Shown in pieces: positions 9,573-17,970 of a stretch of DNA of 27,270 nt (position 1 is the first letter of the stretch; the number at the start of each line of letters is the position of its first letter). The DNA is from a virus (taxonomy: Duplodnaviria; Caudoviricetes): positions 1 through 27,270 of IMG/VR virus record IMGVR_UViG_3300017766_001536. One strand, written 5' to 3'. A program made the position numbers and the translations under genes. The notes beneath the pieces are model-generated. The model was given only the letters and a program-made list of their open reading frames with translations, did not search any database and had not been told where the DNA came from.

Positions 9573-11123
9573 CTATTCGTCACTGTTGATACCCTGCACT
9601 AACGTCAAAAACTCCGCCAACGTATTCTGCTTTGCACGTAAGCGGCGGTACAACTCTGCTTCAAATCCTGTAGCCCATATGTGCCACACAGAAGTTTTGC
9701 CGACGGTAGTCAACCGACGAATCCTTGCATTAGCTTGCTCGTACTGCTCTAACGAATAGATCGGAGCAAACCAAATAACATCCTTCGCTCTAGTAAGCGT
9801 CAACCCGTGCGCTGCAACCTTCGGATGTGCCAACAATATCTGCGGCCTGTCCGTATGCTGGAAGTCATTAAATATCTGATTGCGTTCGTTCTTACTTGTG
9901 TCACCGTTAACCATGGCAACATCAAATCCGTCTTTGAGTAAGTTATCGCGTAGCCAAACTTGTACTGCTTTAAGCGGAACGAATATGATCGCTTTGTCGC
10001 CTATCTCTGTAAGTAAGTCAGTGAGTGTATTATACCGCGCCGACCCGTCTATGGCAATTGAACCAGTATCTCCATACACCACACCGCAGCTAATTTGCAA
10101 CAACTTGCTTAGCATCACCGCTGTGTTCGCTGCCGTTACTTCACCTGCTGCAAATACCGTTACCGCCTTGTCCTTCATTTCCTTAAACGCTTTAGTCTGC
10201 TGCGCCGTTAACTCTGTCTTGCGCCCTACGTAATTAGTATCCGGCAAATCCTTGCACTCGTCTAGTGAGAACCTGATCGAAGGCTGTAGAACTTTCTTAC
10301 ATGTTTCTAGTGCGTCTTCTCTTGGTGTCCACTTAAACGTCGTCACCTTCTTCATTACTAAATCTTTGAACGTCGTAAAACTTTTCGGTACCACAGGTGA
10401 ATCTACTAATCGTGCCAGTGTCCATGCGTCAGCTGGTGTCTGCGATATAGGTGTGCCAGTCAGTAGCCACAGCCACGGTTGATTCTCTTGCATCCACTTA
10501 GCAAATATCTTGTACCGCTGCGAACTCGGTGACTTGAGTGCTGTCGCTTCGTCGTAGATAACCACGTCGAACCCATTGATGTCGGCGCTCATATTAGAAA
10601 ACCCATCGTGGTTAATGATCACGTACTGCACTCCGGGTGTATCTAATAATTTCTGTCGCTTCTCCTTACTACCTGTGCAAACAACGAACGATCTATGTGG
10701 CAGGTGATGCTTTAACTCTCTACCCCACACAACCGTCAGCGTAGATAGCGGTGCGATGATCAGCACCTTCTTAGCAATCTTCTCCTCTAGTAAAAAGTCT
10801 GCTGCCCACAACGCACTGATCGACTTGCCAGTACCCGGCGCATTTAGGCACAGGGCTTTACGATGCGTGGTGAGGAACGCTGCAGTATCTTTCTGGTGAT
10901 CCATCGGCGTGAACCGACTTGGCCAGTTGTAATACTGAAGAATAGGCGCAGGCACATGAAAGCCAAGGTTACGCAGAACCATAGACTCATCGACACCATA
11001 AGGTAGAGCAACGAGGTCTTCGCCGTTGTGACTAAATGTTTTCGCATGAGGTATGTACTGAGCAATCGCACTATTCTCAGTGCTATTAATAATGATCTTG
11101 CGCTTCTCCGGTATTACGAGCAT
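9573..11123 (-). CDS. SNF2-family (SF2) DNA helicase
   Basis: GTGKS, DEAT, LTGTP, AAHGLTL, QANARIRR motifs. Start placed at MLVIPE (11123). Confidence 0.9.
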   Translation of the reverse strand: MLVIPEKRKIIINSTENSAIAQYIPHAKTFSHNGEDLVALPYGVDESMVLRNLGFHVPAPILQYYNWPSRFTPMDHQKDTAAFLTTHRKALCLNAPGTGKSISALWAADFLLEEKIAKKVLIIAPLSTLTVVWGRELKHHLPHRSFVVCTGSKEKRQKLLDTPGVQYVIINHDGFSNMSADINGFDVVIYDEATALKSPSSQRYKIFAKWMQENQPWLWLLTGTPISQTPADAWTLARLVDSPVVPKSFTTFKDLVMKKVTTFKWTPREDALETCKKVLQPSIRFSLDECKDLPDTNYVGRKTELTAQQTKAFKEMKDKAVTVFAAGEVTAANTAVMLSKLLQISCGVVYGDTGSIAIDGSARYNTLTDLLTEIGDKAIIFVPLKAVQVWLRDNLLKDGFDVAMVNGDTSKNERNQIFNDFQHTDRPQILLAHPKVAAHGLTLTRAKDVIWFAPIYSLEQYEQANARIRRLTTVGKTSVWHIWATGFEAELYRRLRAKQNTLAEFLTLVQGINSDE

Positions 11124-11422
11124 AACATTGCCCACCCTTTAAATTCCGTAATCCAATTCTCAAGGCTAGTCTCACGCACGATCCACACCTTTGCACCACA
11201 CTGTGTAGCCGACTCTATCTCACGTAATTGATTCGCCGTACATACACCCTTGCCAAACTTCGTCTCTACCGCAAACGCATACCCATTAACCCAACCAACA
11301 AAGTCCGGTATACCTGCACGTCCGAACCCATTAGCGGGAGGCATAAACCAGTAGCATTTACTTGTAGCTTTTAGTATTTCTTTGACCTGCTTCTTTACAT
11401 CACCTTCGTTGTTGATCTTCAT
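11114..11422 (-). CDS. VRR-NUC domain nuclease (putative Holliday junction resolvase)
   Basis: E..V, GIPD, AVETK, Q motif of VRR-NUC; adjacent to the SNF2 helicase. Confidence 0.85.
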   Translation of the reverse strand: MKINNEGDVKKQVKEILKATSKCYWFMPPANGFGRAGIPDFVGWVNGYAFAVETKFGKGVCTANQLREIESATQCGAKVWIVRETSLENWITEFKGWAMLCS

Positions 11423-12111
11423 CGTTTACCTTTTAATCTTGCATCAGGGCAAATTGTTCTCGCAGCACACCACGGGCATAAGCCTGATGGACTAGCCTTG
11501 AAAACACCTAAGTCAATAACTTCTTGTACCTTGTCAAACCTTGGGCGCATTGCTTGCCACAACGAATCTAAGAACCTACGTTCGTACTTCGCATTTGTTG
11601 TCTCGTTAAACTTCAACCATATAAACGATGTCTTAACTGTATTAACTTTAGGGAACTGCCACATCACCATCGCCGCAAATAACTGGAGCTGCGTAGGATT
11701 TTCCTTAACCTTACCCGTCTTATAGTCAAGGCAATACGCCGTATCACCGTCCACAACCAACACGTCAGCAATAGAACGAATCCACACATCCGGCGCGAAC
11801 CAGTCAACTGGCGAGAGGTCGTTATTAACCGCCATTTGATATTCGAAATATTTATCTCCCGGTCTGGCAAGAATCTTATCTACGACACCACCCCACTTAT
11901 CTAGTGTCTGCTTGCCCTCATCAGACAATGCCGCTTCGTCTAGCTTACCTAGCCCATACGCTTCTAGTATCTTGTGCACACGGTCGCCATACTCCGACGC
12001 ATCGTTGCCTTGGTTTGCTACTAATTTAGATACGTACTGGTAATCAAACTGCGCCTGACACTGCTCGAATGTTGATAGGCGGCTAAACGATAACGGCATT
12101 ACTTTGGTCAT
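11419..12111 (-). CDS. PD-(D/E)XK Cas4/RecB-like exonuclease
   Basis: SFSRL..FEQC, G..VH, ADVL, LDYKTGK, QLQLF, CPWC...C (1+3 Cys pattern). Confidence 0.85.
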   Translation of the reverse strand: MTKVMPLSFSRLSTFEQCQAQFDYQYVSKLVANQGNDASEYGDRVHKILEAYGLGKLDEAALSDEGKQTLDKWGGVVDKILARPGDKYFEYQMAVNNDLSPVDWFAPDVWIRSIADVLVVDGDTAYCLDYKTGKVKENPTQLQLFAAMVMWQFPKVNTVKTSFIWLKFNETTNAKYERRFLDSLWQAMRPRFDKVQEVIDLGVFKASPSGLCPWCAARTICPDARLKGKR

Positions 12112-12120
12112 TAGGTTCCT

Positions 12121-13968
12121 TTATTTAGCTTGACCGTAGCTCCCCCCTATGCCGGTCTCGCAAGATACAGGAATAGCATTGCGACACCACAGTGGAGCCA
12201 TGGACAAACACTCTTCCATATAAGCTCGCGCTTGAGTAAGTTCTTCGTTCTTTACTACAGATACAGCTTCATCATGCACGGACAGTTTGACTGGGTACTT
12301 CTTATTGATACGTGCAGTTTGCCACATAACGATCTTCATTGCAGCATGTTGTGATAAATTTTCTACAACTTTCGGTCCGTAGATTCTAATCCGCGATCTT
12401 CCCATTTGGTACGTCCACTCTTTCGACCGTTGATCAAACTGCAAGTCGCTATACACAACGCCCGGTTCACCCGGTCTGCCGAAGCCGTCGTTCTGCGTAA
12501 TGAACCAGCCGTTAACATCTACGTTAGTTAAATTACAACCATTGGCAATATCAGGTAGTATTACGTGCTGGCAACGATCCCACAACTGCACTACCTCGCT
12601 ATGAATCTGGCGATATAAATCCACGATGGCATGAGCGCGATTGTCGTCAATCTCTTGCACACTTGGGTCTTGCCGCGCAGCCAGCCGAACCATCTCTTTG
12701 AACCGTGGTGCTCCTGCACCGTACTGCAAACCTAGCATAGCCGTCTTGCCTAGGAACCGCTCAGCCTTGTCAGCTTTGGTAATGGTGCGGCCAAACAACT
12801 TGCTTGCAAAGTCGCAATACAAATCAACACCGTCTGCTAACTTCTGCACCACATCCCACTGCCCAGCCAGCGCCATCACAGTGCGTAGCTCGATGTTAGA
12901 CGAGTCACCAACCAACACGGTATGCCCCTCGGGAGCCATGAGTGCGTCACGTAGTCCAGCCGAGATACCACGCGCAGGTAGGTTCTGCCAGTTAACACCG
13001 TTGCCACCGGAGTATCTGCCTGTAGTCTTAGCACCCCAAAAGTTCAGGTACACCGGCAACTGCCCCCGCTTGGCCATCTCATAGAACCGCAAGGCACGAG
13101 TCTCGGCGATAGTCGTCTTAACCCCTAGCCGTGCAGCTACTAGCGCCTGTACCTCTGCGTCGTCGTGCTCAAGTAGATCGGTGAATCCTTTGTCGGACTT
13201 AGCGAAGGCATACGTTTCCTTTTCCGTCCGTGCGCTGATCTTTAGTGGCGGAGCTACGCCTAGTTGCTCTAGCCGTGCGGCAAACTTATCGTTGGACATA
13301 ATCGCATCCCGATCAATCGTAGCCAGCTGCATGAGTTCTTCTTTGCGCTTTACTTCTGCCTCGTACAGCTTGTACATCTTGTCTGCATCACCCACCAGCA
13401 CAGGTTCTGTAAACATACGAATCGTCATGTCGATCAACATCATCTCAAGCGGCGGCGTGAAGTCATCCATCCTCTTAGCAGCAAGCTGGCACAGTATCGT
13501 ATCGTGTTTGCAGTACTCGGCATACTGCGCCAACTCCAGTGGAAAGAACGTAGTTCTACGCCGACCTAACGCCTTAGTTACTTCTGTACCCTTAGCATGG
13601 AACCCGAAGTGCTTGGCCATGTTAGCCAGTGAATGTGATGGCAGGTGTGGGTACAGCATACGGAATTGTGCCAATGTATCCATCCACAGCTTAGGCTTGA
13701 TACCGAACCGCTGCGTCAATATGAAGCCGTCGAACATCGCATTGTGGCAACGTACAGCCGAGTTAGCCCAGTCAAACTTTGGCTGCCATAGCCAGTCGTG
13801 CGTTTCTTCCTCAGTACCTGAGAACCATTCAGGTTCTTCGTCGTTGATCGCAATTGATACACCAACAACTTCAAAGCGTGAATCTAGTACGTACGCATCC
13901 GTCTGCATCTTGGACAGGGAATAATCCTTGTCGTAGTACGTCTCGAAGTCAACGGTCAGTGTGTTCAT
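12121..13968 (-). CDS. polA: Family A DNA polymerase with 3'-5' exonuclease
   Basis: Exo motifs DFET and HNAMFD; TTGRYS; motif A DSSNIELR; motif B RFLGKTAMLGLQYG; motif C VHDE. Start at MNTLTV (13968) overlaps the upstream stop (ATGA). Confidence 0.93.
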   Translation of the reverse strand: MNTLTVDFETYYDKDYSLSKMQTDAYVLDSRFEVVGVSIAINDEEPEWFSGTEEETHDWLWQPKFDWANSAVRCHNAMFDGFILTQRFGIKPKLWMDTLAQFRMLYPHLPSHSLANMAKHFGFHAKGTEVTKALGRRRTTFFPLELAQYAEYCKHDTILCQLAAKRMDDFTPPLEMMLIDMTIRMFTEPVLVGDADKMYKLYEAEVKRKEELMQLATIDRDAIMSNDKFAARLEQLGVAPPLKISARTEKETYAFAKSDKGFTDLLEHDDAEVQALVAARLGVKTTIAETRALRFYEMAKRGQLPVYLNFWGAKTTGRYSGGNGVNWQNLPARGISAGLRDALMAPEGHTVLVGDSSNIELRTVMALAGQWDVVQKLADGVDLYCDFASKLFGRTITKADKAERFLGKTAMLGLQYGAGAPRFKEMVRLAARQDPSVQEIDDNRAHAIVDLYRQIHSEVVQLWDRCQHVILPDIANGCNLTNVDVNGWFITQNDGFGRPGEPGVVYSDLQFDQRSKEWTYQMGRSRIRIYGPKVVENLSQHAAMKIVMWQTARINKKYPVKLSVHDEAVSVVKNEELTQARAYMEECLSMAPLWCRNAIPVSCETGIGGSYGQAK

Positions 13969-14231
13969 CGTACTGTTCCTTGCAATCTGTTTGCGACGAG
14001 CTGCGCGTAGCCAGCAATATCTACCCATGAATCTGCGTAGTCAGGATCACCATTCAGTATGCGAGCGATCTTGTGGGCAATCATATCTAGTGCTTCTAAC
14101 TGATCGGCTTCCATTAACCGACTCATGTTCTCGCGCATGACGGTCTTTAGTTGCTGCGATATAACCGCGTGGTTCTTAAACAGTCCGTACTTAACGCCAC
14201 GCTCATTCAAAATCGTATCGATGTCACTCAT
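13965..14231 (-). CDS. DUF6378-like protein (putative nucleotide-metabolism associated)
   Basis: ERG.KYG.F...KIARILNGDP.Y.DSW.DIAGYA. Confidence 0.75.
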   Translation of the reverse strand: MSDIDTILNERGVKYGLFKNHAVISQQLKTVMRENMSRLMEADQLEALDMIAHKIARILNGDPDYADSWVDIAGYAQLVANRLQGTVR

Positions 14232-14334
14232 CTTTATCCCCTAAAAAGTATATGGTCGCACCGATAGCTCCGGCACACAAACCAACTGCAATAATCAATT
14301 CACCGACGAACATCAGCACACGTGCTACGTCCAT
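14224..14334 (-). CDS. Small single-pass membrane protein (36 aa, not in ORF track)
   Basis: MDVARVLMFVGELIIAVGLCAGAIGATIYFLGDKDE; RBS AGGAG; overlaps both neighbours and fills the gap. Confidence 0.6.
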   Translation of the reverse strand: MDVARVLMFVGELIIAVGLCAGAIGATIYFLGDKDE

Positions 14335-14537
14335 GTTTTTTCTCCTGTCATCTTATTTTTAAGACTACGAGGAATCTTAGGCTTTGGACACCAACCTATA
14401 CAGTCGTCTGTCCAATTGCCTACGATGAGTACTCCTCCCGGATTAAGTAATAGCAAACTTACTGCTCTTGGTGGTGGATCGACTTCTGGGTCTCTGAAAT
14501 ACAACATATCTGTTGTTACTTGGTTAAACTCAGTCAT
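14325..14537 (-). CDS. Hypothetical protein (DUF551-like)
   Basis: PPP..SLLLL..GG..IVG.W....GW.PKP pattern; start at MTEFNQ after AAGGA. Confidence 0.55.
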   Translation of the reverse strand: MTEFNQVTTDMLYFRDPEVDPPPRAVSLLLLNPGGVLIVGNWTDDCIGWCPKPKIPRSLKNKMTGEKTWT

Positions 14538-14539
14538 GG

Positions 14540-14746
14540 CTATTTTCCTTTTTGTTTCTCCCATATTGGTTGTATGGGTCTTGTACCTCTGTCACCGCCT
14601 ACGATGATTCGCACATCACGTGGCACACCTTTGCTTGCATCAGATATATACTTTGCCATTGAGTAGTCACGACAGATAAGCAACACGAATCCTTGATCAT
14701 TCAAGACCGTGTACGTCCTATCTAATCCGTCGTTAACTAAAACCAT
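14540..14746 (-). CDS. Hypothetical protein
   Basis: 68-aa ORF packed in the leftward gene string. Confidence 0.55.
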   Translation of the reverse strand: MVLVNDGLDRTYTVLNDQGFVLLICRDYSMAKYISDASKGVPRDVRIIVGGDRGTRPIQPIWEKQKGK

Positions 14747-14755
14747 ATAGCAATG

Positions 14756-14905
14756 CTATACGCACTCCCGCAGCTTTAGGATTGTTTCTTGTAACCTGCG
14801 TACTTCTTTCTGGAGTTCTGCTACCTTAGATTCTGCAGCGTATAACGCACCTGCTAGTTCTTGTTTAGTAAGATTACTCACTCGCTTAACAGGTTCGTAA
14901 CTCAT
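14756..14905 (-). CDS. Small coiled-coil protein (49 aa, not in ORF track)
   Basis: MSYEPVKRVSNLTKQELAGALYAAESKVAELQKEVRRLQETILKLRECV; RBS AAGGA. Confidence 0.65.
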   Translation of the reverse strand: MSYEPVKRVSNLTKQELAGALYAAESKVAELQKEVRRLQETILKLRECV

Positions 14906-15032
14906 ATGTTTTTCCTTACAATTAATTTGTTTTGCTTTACAATAAATGTACTAAGTTGTCCCTTGGTCTGGCGGCTTAGTGGTCACAGGGAAACCGGCCT
15001 GACGTTAGGCCGTTAGTACCCGTTCTTCTCCT

Positions 15033-15281
15033 TTAGCTTGGCTTCGATGGCTCGGGTATATCTCCAACTTCAAAATGTTCAGCAATAAATTTTCTAACAG
15101 TAATTGCACCCGATGCCTCAACATCACAACCATGAGTCACAAAACTCATCTCCGTAACCTCACACATACGCATACATTCCAGCACAATCAACTCGGCGAA
15201 TTTTTCTATTATGTCTTCAAAATCATCACCGTACTTGTAAAATCCTGCCTGTTTAGCAAGTTGTTTAATTTGTTCATTCAT
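15033..15281 (-). CDS. Hypothetical phage protein (FAELIV.EC family)
   Basis: MNEQIKQLAKQAG...EKFAELIVLEC...IAEHF, a recurrent small-protein family in freshwater phages; ATGA overlap. Confidence 0.7.
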   Translation of the reverse strand: MNEQIKQLAKQAGFYKYGDDFEDIIEKFAELIVLECMRMCEVTEMSFVTHGCDVEASGAITVRKFIAEHFEVGDIPEPSKPS

Positions 15282-15439
15282 GTCGGCTTCCTTCCTTCTT
15301 CGTATTCTTCGCGCCCATCCATGCTTCTGTGTACGTACAAGTCATACTCCTCGTCGTACTCCGGTCTGCACCAGCAAAATGCACCTTTATCAGTTTCATG
15401 TTCGCGCAAATCGTTTAGCGGATACGTGTGCATTGTCAT
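15278..15439 (-). CDS. Small hypothetical protein (H/CxC motif)
   Basis: MTMHTYPLNDLREH...CWCRP...VHRSMDGRE; ATGA overlap, AAGGAG RBS. Confidence 0.7.
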   Translation of the reverse strand: MTMHTYPLNDLREHETDKGAFCWCRPEYDEEYDLYVHRSMDGREEYEEGRKPT

Positions 15440-15930
15440 GTGTTCTTCTCCTTTAGCTTGGCTTCTGCTTGAATAATTGCCCACCGAATATCCGGTGATG
15501 TGTCCTCGATCTCCATTGCCTCAGCGTCAGTCAGTCCTACCCATTCGCGCTTTGGCGGCGCTACAATTTCCGACGAATCACGTATTGAATCTATAATAAC
15601 TTTGTTAATGCCCACCGGTTCCTGCTCTGGCTGCGCTTGATGCTCTCGCCAAAATCTTTGCAGCACCGCTTTCTCTGTCGGACATCCATCATCTTCAACG
15701 CATGGTTTGTCTTGGCTTTTCTCAGGCTCCGGTTCAGGCTTAGTCTTTGGACACTCTTTACAATACCCACCTATTCCGCACTGCCCACCGTCACATTGCG
15801 CTGGTTCAGGCTGCGCTAGTCTGGCGCGTAGTGCTTTAATAAGCGGGACTTGCCATCTCATCCCATGATTGCCTTTATCAAAGTTATTAAGCGCATCCAG
15901 CGCATCTTGCAATAGTTCGCGGTCAGTCAT
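15436..15930 (-). CDS. Hypothetical mosaic phage protein (AQPEQEP...WVGLTD...EAKLKEKNT family)
   Basis: Start MTDRELLQ by ATGA overlap; characteristic motifs. Confidence 0.7.
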   Translation of the reverse strand: MTDRELLQDALDALNNFDKGNHGMRWQVPLIKALRARLAQPEPAQCDGGQCGIGGYCKECPKTKPEPEPEKSQDKPCVEDDGCPTEKAVLQRFWREHQAQPEQEPVGINKVIIDSIRDSSEIVAPPKREWVGLTDAEAMEIEDTSPDIRWAIIQAEAKLKEKNT

Positions 15931-16235
15931 ACCTGCCCCCTTGCGCGGATAGCTCTTGCGCATGCTCTGCTATATACAGCTTCCGGTGAAAAGTCATGCA
16001 GGAACGTCCCATTTTCACAAACCTTCGCACACGCCTCACGCTCCGCTGCTGCAATGCCGAGCTCGTACTCCGTCCAATGATCCTGACTCCATGTGCGGTT
16101 GCGCTCCGCTGCCGCTACTAATTCAGCAAAACGTTCAAGCAAATCTAAAAGCGATCCGCTTGTATAAGTCATACCCAATGAGTTCGACTCAAATCCAGCC
16201 TCCCGCGCCATGCGGATAATGTCATCTCGTGTCAT
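15927..16235 (-). CDS. Hypothetical phage protein (MTRDDIIRMAREAG...EREACAKVCE...IRARG family)
   Basis: ATGA overlap, RBS GGAGG, recognisable small-protein family. Confidence 0.75.
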   Translation of the reverse strand: MTRDDIIRMAREAGFESNSLGMTYTSGSLLDLLERFAELVAAAERNRTWSQDHWTEYELGIAAAEREACAKVCENGTFLHDFSPEAVYSRACARAIRARGQV

Positions 16236-16462
16236 TCCCCCTCCTTCATGTAGCTCATAAGCTCCGCGTTCATCTTGGCACGCGCCCACTTCTTGTCACC
16301 CTCCATCAGCATCAGTGCCAATGCAAACATGATGAAGTTTTGTATCTTGTCTAAATCTTCCTTGTTAACAGAACCCCGACGTATCTCGCCAATAGTACGC
16401 ATGGCCTCGCGGCGGGTATGGTCTACCGTTGCTTGCCACTCGCGGGTAGGCTCGGCTCTCAT
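16232..16462 (-). CDS. Hypothetical protein
   Basis: Overlaps both neighbours; RBS GAGG. Confidence 0.7.
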   Translation of the reverse strand: MRAEPTREWQATVDHTRREAMRTIGEIRRGSVNKEDLDKIQNFIMFALALMLMEGDKKWARAKMNAELMSYMKEGE

Positions 16463-16698
16463 TTGGACACCTCTCCTCTTTGTAGGCTATCTAAAAGCCG
16501 TTTGCTCGCTTCTTTTTTCTCTAGCTTTTCTAAACGTAGCTTAGCTGAAAGTACTAGTAGCAAAGCTCTGTTTGTACTAACATTAAATAACTTGCCTATT
16601 TCTTTGTACGTCATTCCTTGCTCACGATAGGCGATAGCAATCATTCCACGTTTATACGCAGCTTGGAATATTTCTTCCCGTGTTTTCCGTTCTTTCAT
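16459..16698 (-). CDS. Sigma70 region-4-like HTH DNA-binding protein
   Basis: REQGMTYKEIGKLFNVSTNRA; RBS AAGGAG. Confidence 0.65.
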   Translation of the reverse strand: MKERKTREEIFQAAYKRGMIAIAYREQGMTYKEIGKLFNVSTNRALLLVLSAKLRLEKLEKKEASKRLLDSLQRGEVSK

Positions 16699-16934
16699 TT
16701 GCACATCTCCTTAATTTTAGTGATGGGGATATTGGTCTGCTCATGTACGGCGATAATCATTGACGGCGGAATACGCACAAGACCGTTTCGTACCTTGCTT
16801 ATCATCGGTCTACGTGCGCCTAGGATGTGTGCCAGCTGTGCGTCAGTCTTCAGGTTGTACATCTCGCGTATGTAGTCGAACAACTTGTGCGGTTTCTGTA
16901 TTGTCCACCGCCCTGTAGTATCTTTGCTTTTCAT
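16695..16934 (-). CDS. XRE/Cro-like HTH protein (paralog 1)
   Basis: LKTDAQLAHILGARRPMISKVRNG HTH. Confidence 0.75.
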   Translation of the reverse strand: MKSKDTTGRWTIQKPHKLFDYIREMYNLKTDAQLAHILGARRPMISKVRNGLVRIPPSMIIAVHEQTNIPITKIKEMCK

Positions 16935-17185
16935 ATCAGCTCCCTTATCTCTTCAATGGTCATGTCAGTGGCATCATAGATCGCCAGAATCACACTCGCC
17001 CCAACCTTTTGTCCACCGCTACGCATCCTGCTTATGTATGCTGGCGTAGTTTCTAGCGCTTCGGCTATCTTTGCATCACTCGTAAAGCCACGCTCCAGTA
17101 GTAAGTGATCGAACAATTTGTGTGGCCTGTTGCTACGTGCTCTGCTGGTAATATCATCTTGCATCTCCGGTGCTTGGACAATCAT
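16931..17185 (-). CDS. XRE/Cro-like HTH protein (paralog 2)
   Basis: FTSDAKIAEALETTPAYISRMRSG HTH; shares PHKLFD with its neighbour. Confidence 0.75.
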   Translation of the reverse strand: MIVQAPEMQDDITSRARSNRPHKLFDHLLLERGFTSDAKIAEALETTPAYISRMRSGGQKVGASVILAIYDATDMTIEEIRELI

Positions 17186-17403
17186 TTTTTACCTCCGCAA
17201 ATACGACGCTTGGATTCTTGTAGCTCGGACTTGAACAGCCACGTCATGCACTGACGATCGATCTCCTCGATACTAGGCGGCACAATCTTGGTTGCCTTGC
17301 CCATCTCAATACCCTTGAGCGTACCTAACTCGTAGATACATACGGCTACGATGCACACGAACACCATGTACACGACTGAAGTAATAAGCTCATGTGGTTT
17401 CAT
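17182..17403 (-). CDS. Small membrane-anchored protein
   Basis: N-terminal hydrophobic segment LITSVVYMVFVCIVAVCIY; ATGA overlaps. Confidence 0.7.
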   Translation of the reverse strand: MKPHELITSVVYMVFVCIVAVCIYELGTLKGIEMGKATKIVPPSIEEIDRQCMTWLFKSELQESKRRICGGKK

Positions 17404-17624
17404 CGTGGCTCCTCTCGCAGAAAGTTCTCTAATCGCGTAATTGATTTCTGGTAGTACACATTCATCTGCGTGTGGTACTCGGCAAGCGACTGATTGAGTA
17501 GTAAGAACCGTCGTGCGTCGTCAAGCTCATGCTGCGCCATTACTTTGGCTGATGGCTTAACCCACAGGTTGATGATAGTTCCTTTGATGCTTTTAGCTAC
17601 GTCTATGACTATGCGTGTTTTCAT
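17400..17624 (-). CDS. Hypothetical protein
   Basis: RBS GAGGA; preceded by the box and palindrome. Confidence 0.7.
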   Translation of the reverse strand: MKTRIVIDVAKSIKGTIINLWVKPSAKVMAQHELDDARRFLLLNQSLAEYHTQMNVYYQKSITRLENFLREEPR

Positions 17625-17665
17625 ATTTTCCTCTGAGTAATCAAGTTAATCCCATGGGATTAAGC

Positions 17666-17962
17666 CTACATCGCTGGGTTGAAACAAATCGTTGCTACTA
17701 CTTCGCCCTTATGAACTATGTCGTAGTCCTTACCTATGTGCTTTGCACCCTTACGCACCATGTCCGTCATCAGCACCAGCATCGACCGGCCTAGTGTGGA
17801 TATGTACACAGTGCGCTCGTCGTCATCGACAGTAAGCCAGTTGCTATCGCTGTCGATGTTAACGCCTAGTTCCTCGAAACCTCGCACGAGTTTGCTTTCA
17901 ACCCGCACGAGTTTCTTGGTCAGTCGGCCAAGCTCAATCATTACTTCGCGTTGGTTTAACAT
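17666..17962 (-). CDS. Hypothetical protein
   Basis: Start MLNQREV after AGGA; stop lies 3 bp from a palindrome. Confidence 0.7.
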   Translation of the reverse strand: MLNQREVMIELGRLTKKLVRVESKLVRGFEELGVNIDSDSNWLTVDDDERTVYISTLGRSMLVLMTDMVRKGAKHIGKDYDIVHKGEVVATICFNPAM

Positions 17963-17970
17963 TGTGATTC

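Larger units (their letters stand above)
15022..15465. repeat. 24-bp direct repeat GTTCTTCTCCTTTAGCTTGGCTTC (15022-15045, 15442-15465)
   Basis: Two identical copies; the minus strand encodes EAKLKEKN and contains the AAGGAG RBS. Confidence 0.9.

Noticed and set aside
14985-15012. Hammerhead ribozyme (GAAAC...CTGACG)
   Set aside because: The core needs CUGAnGA and three flanking stems; here it is CTGACGT inside a simple hairpin.
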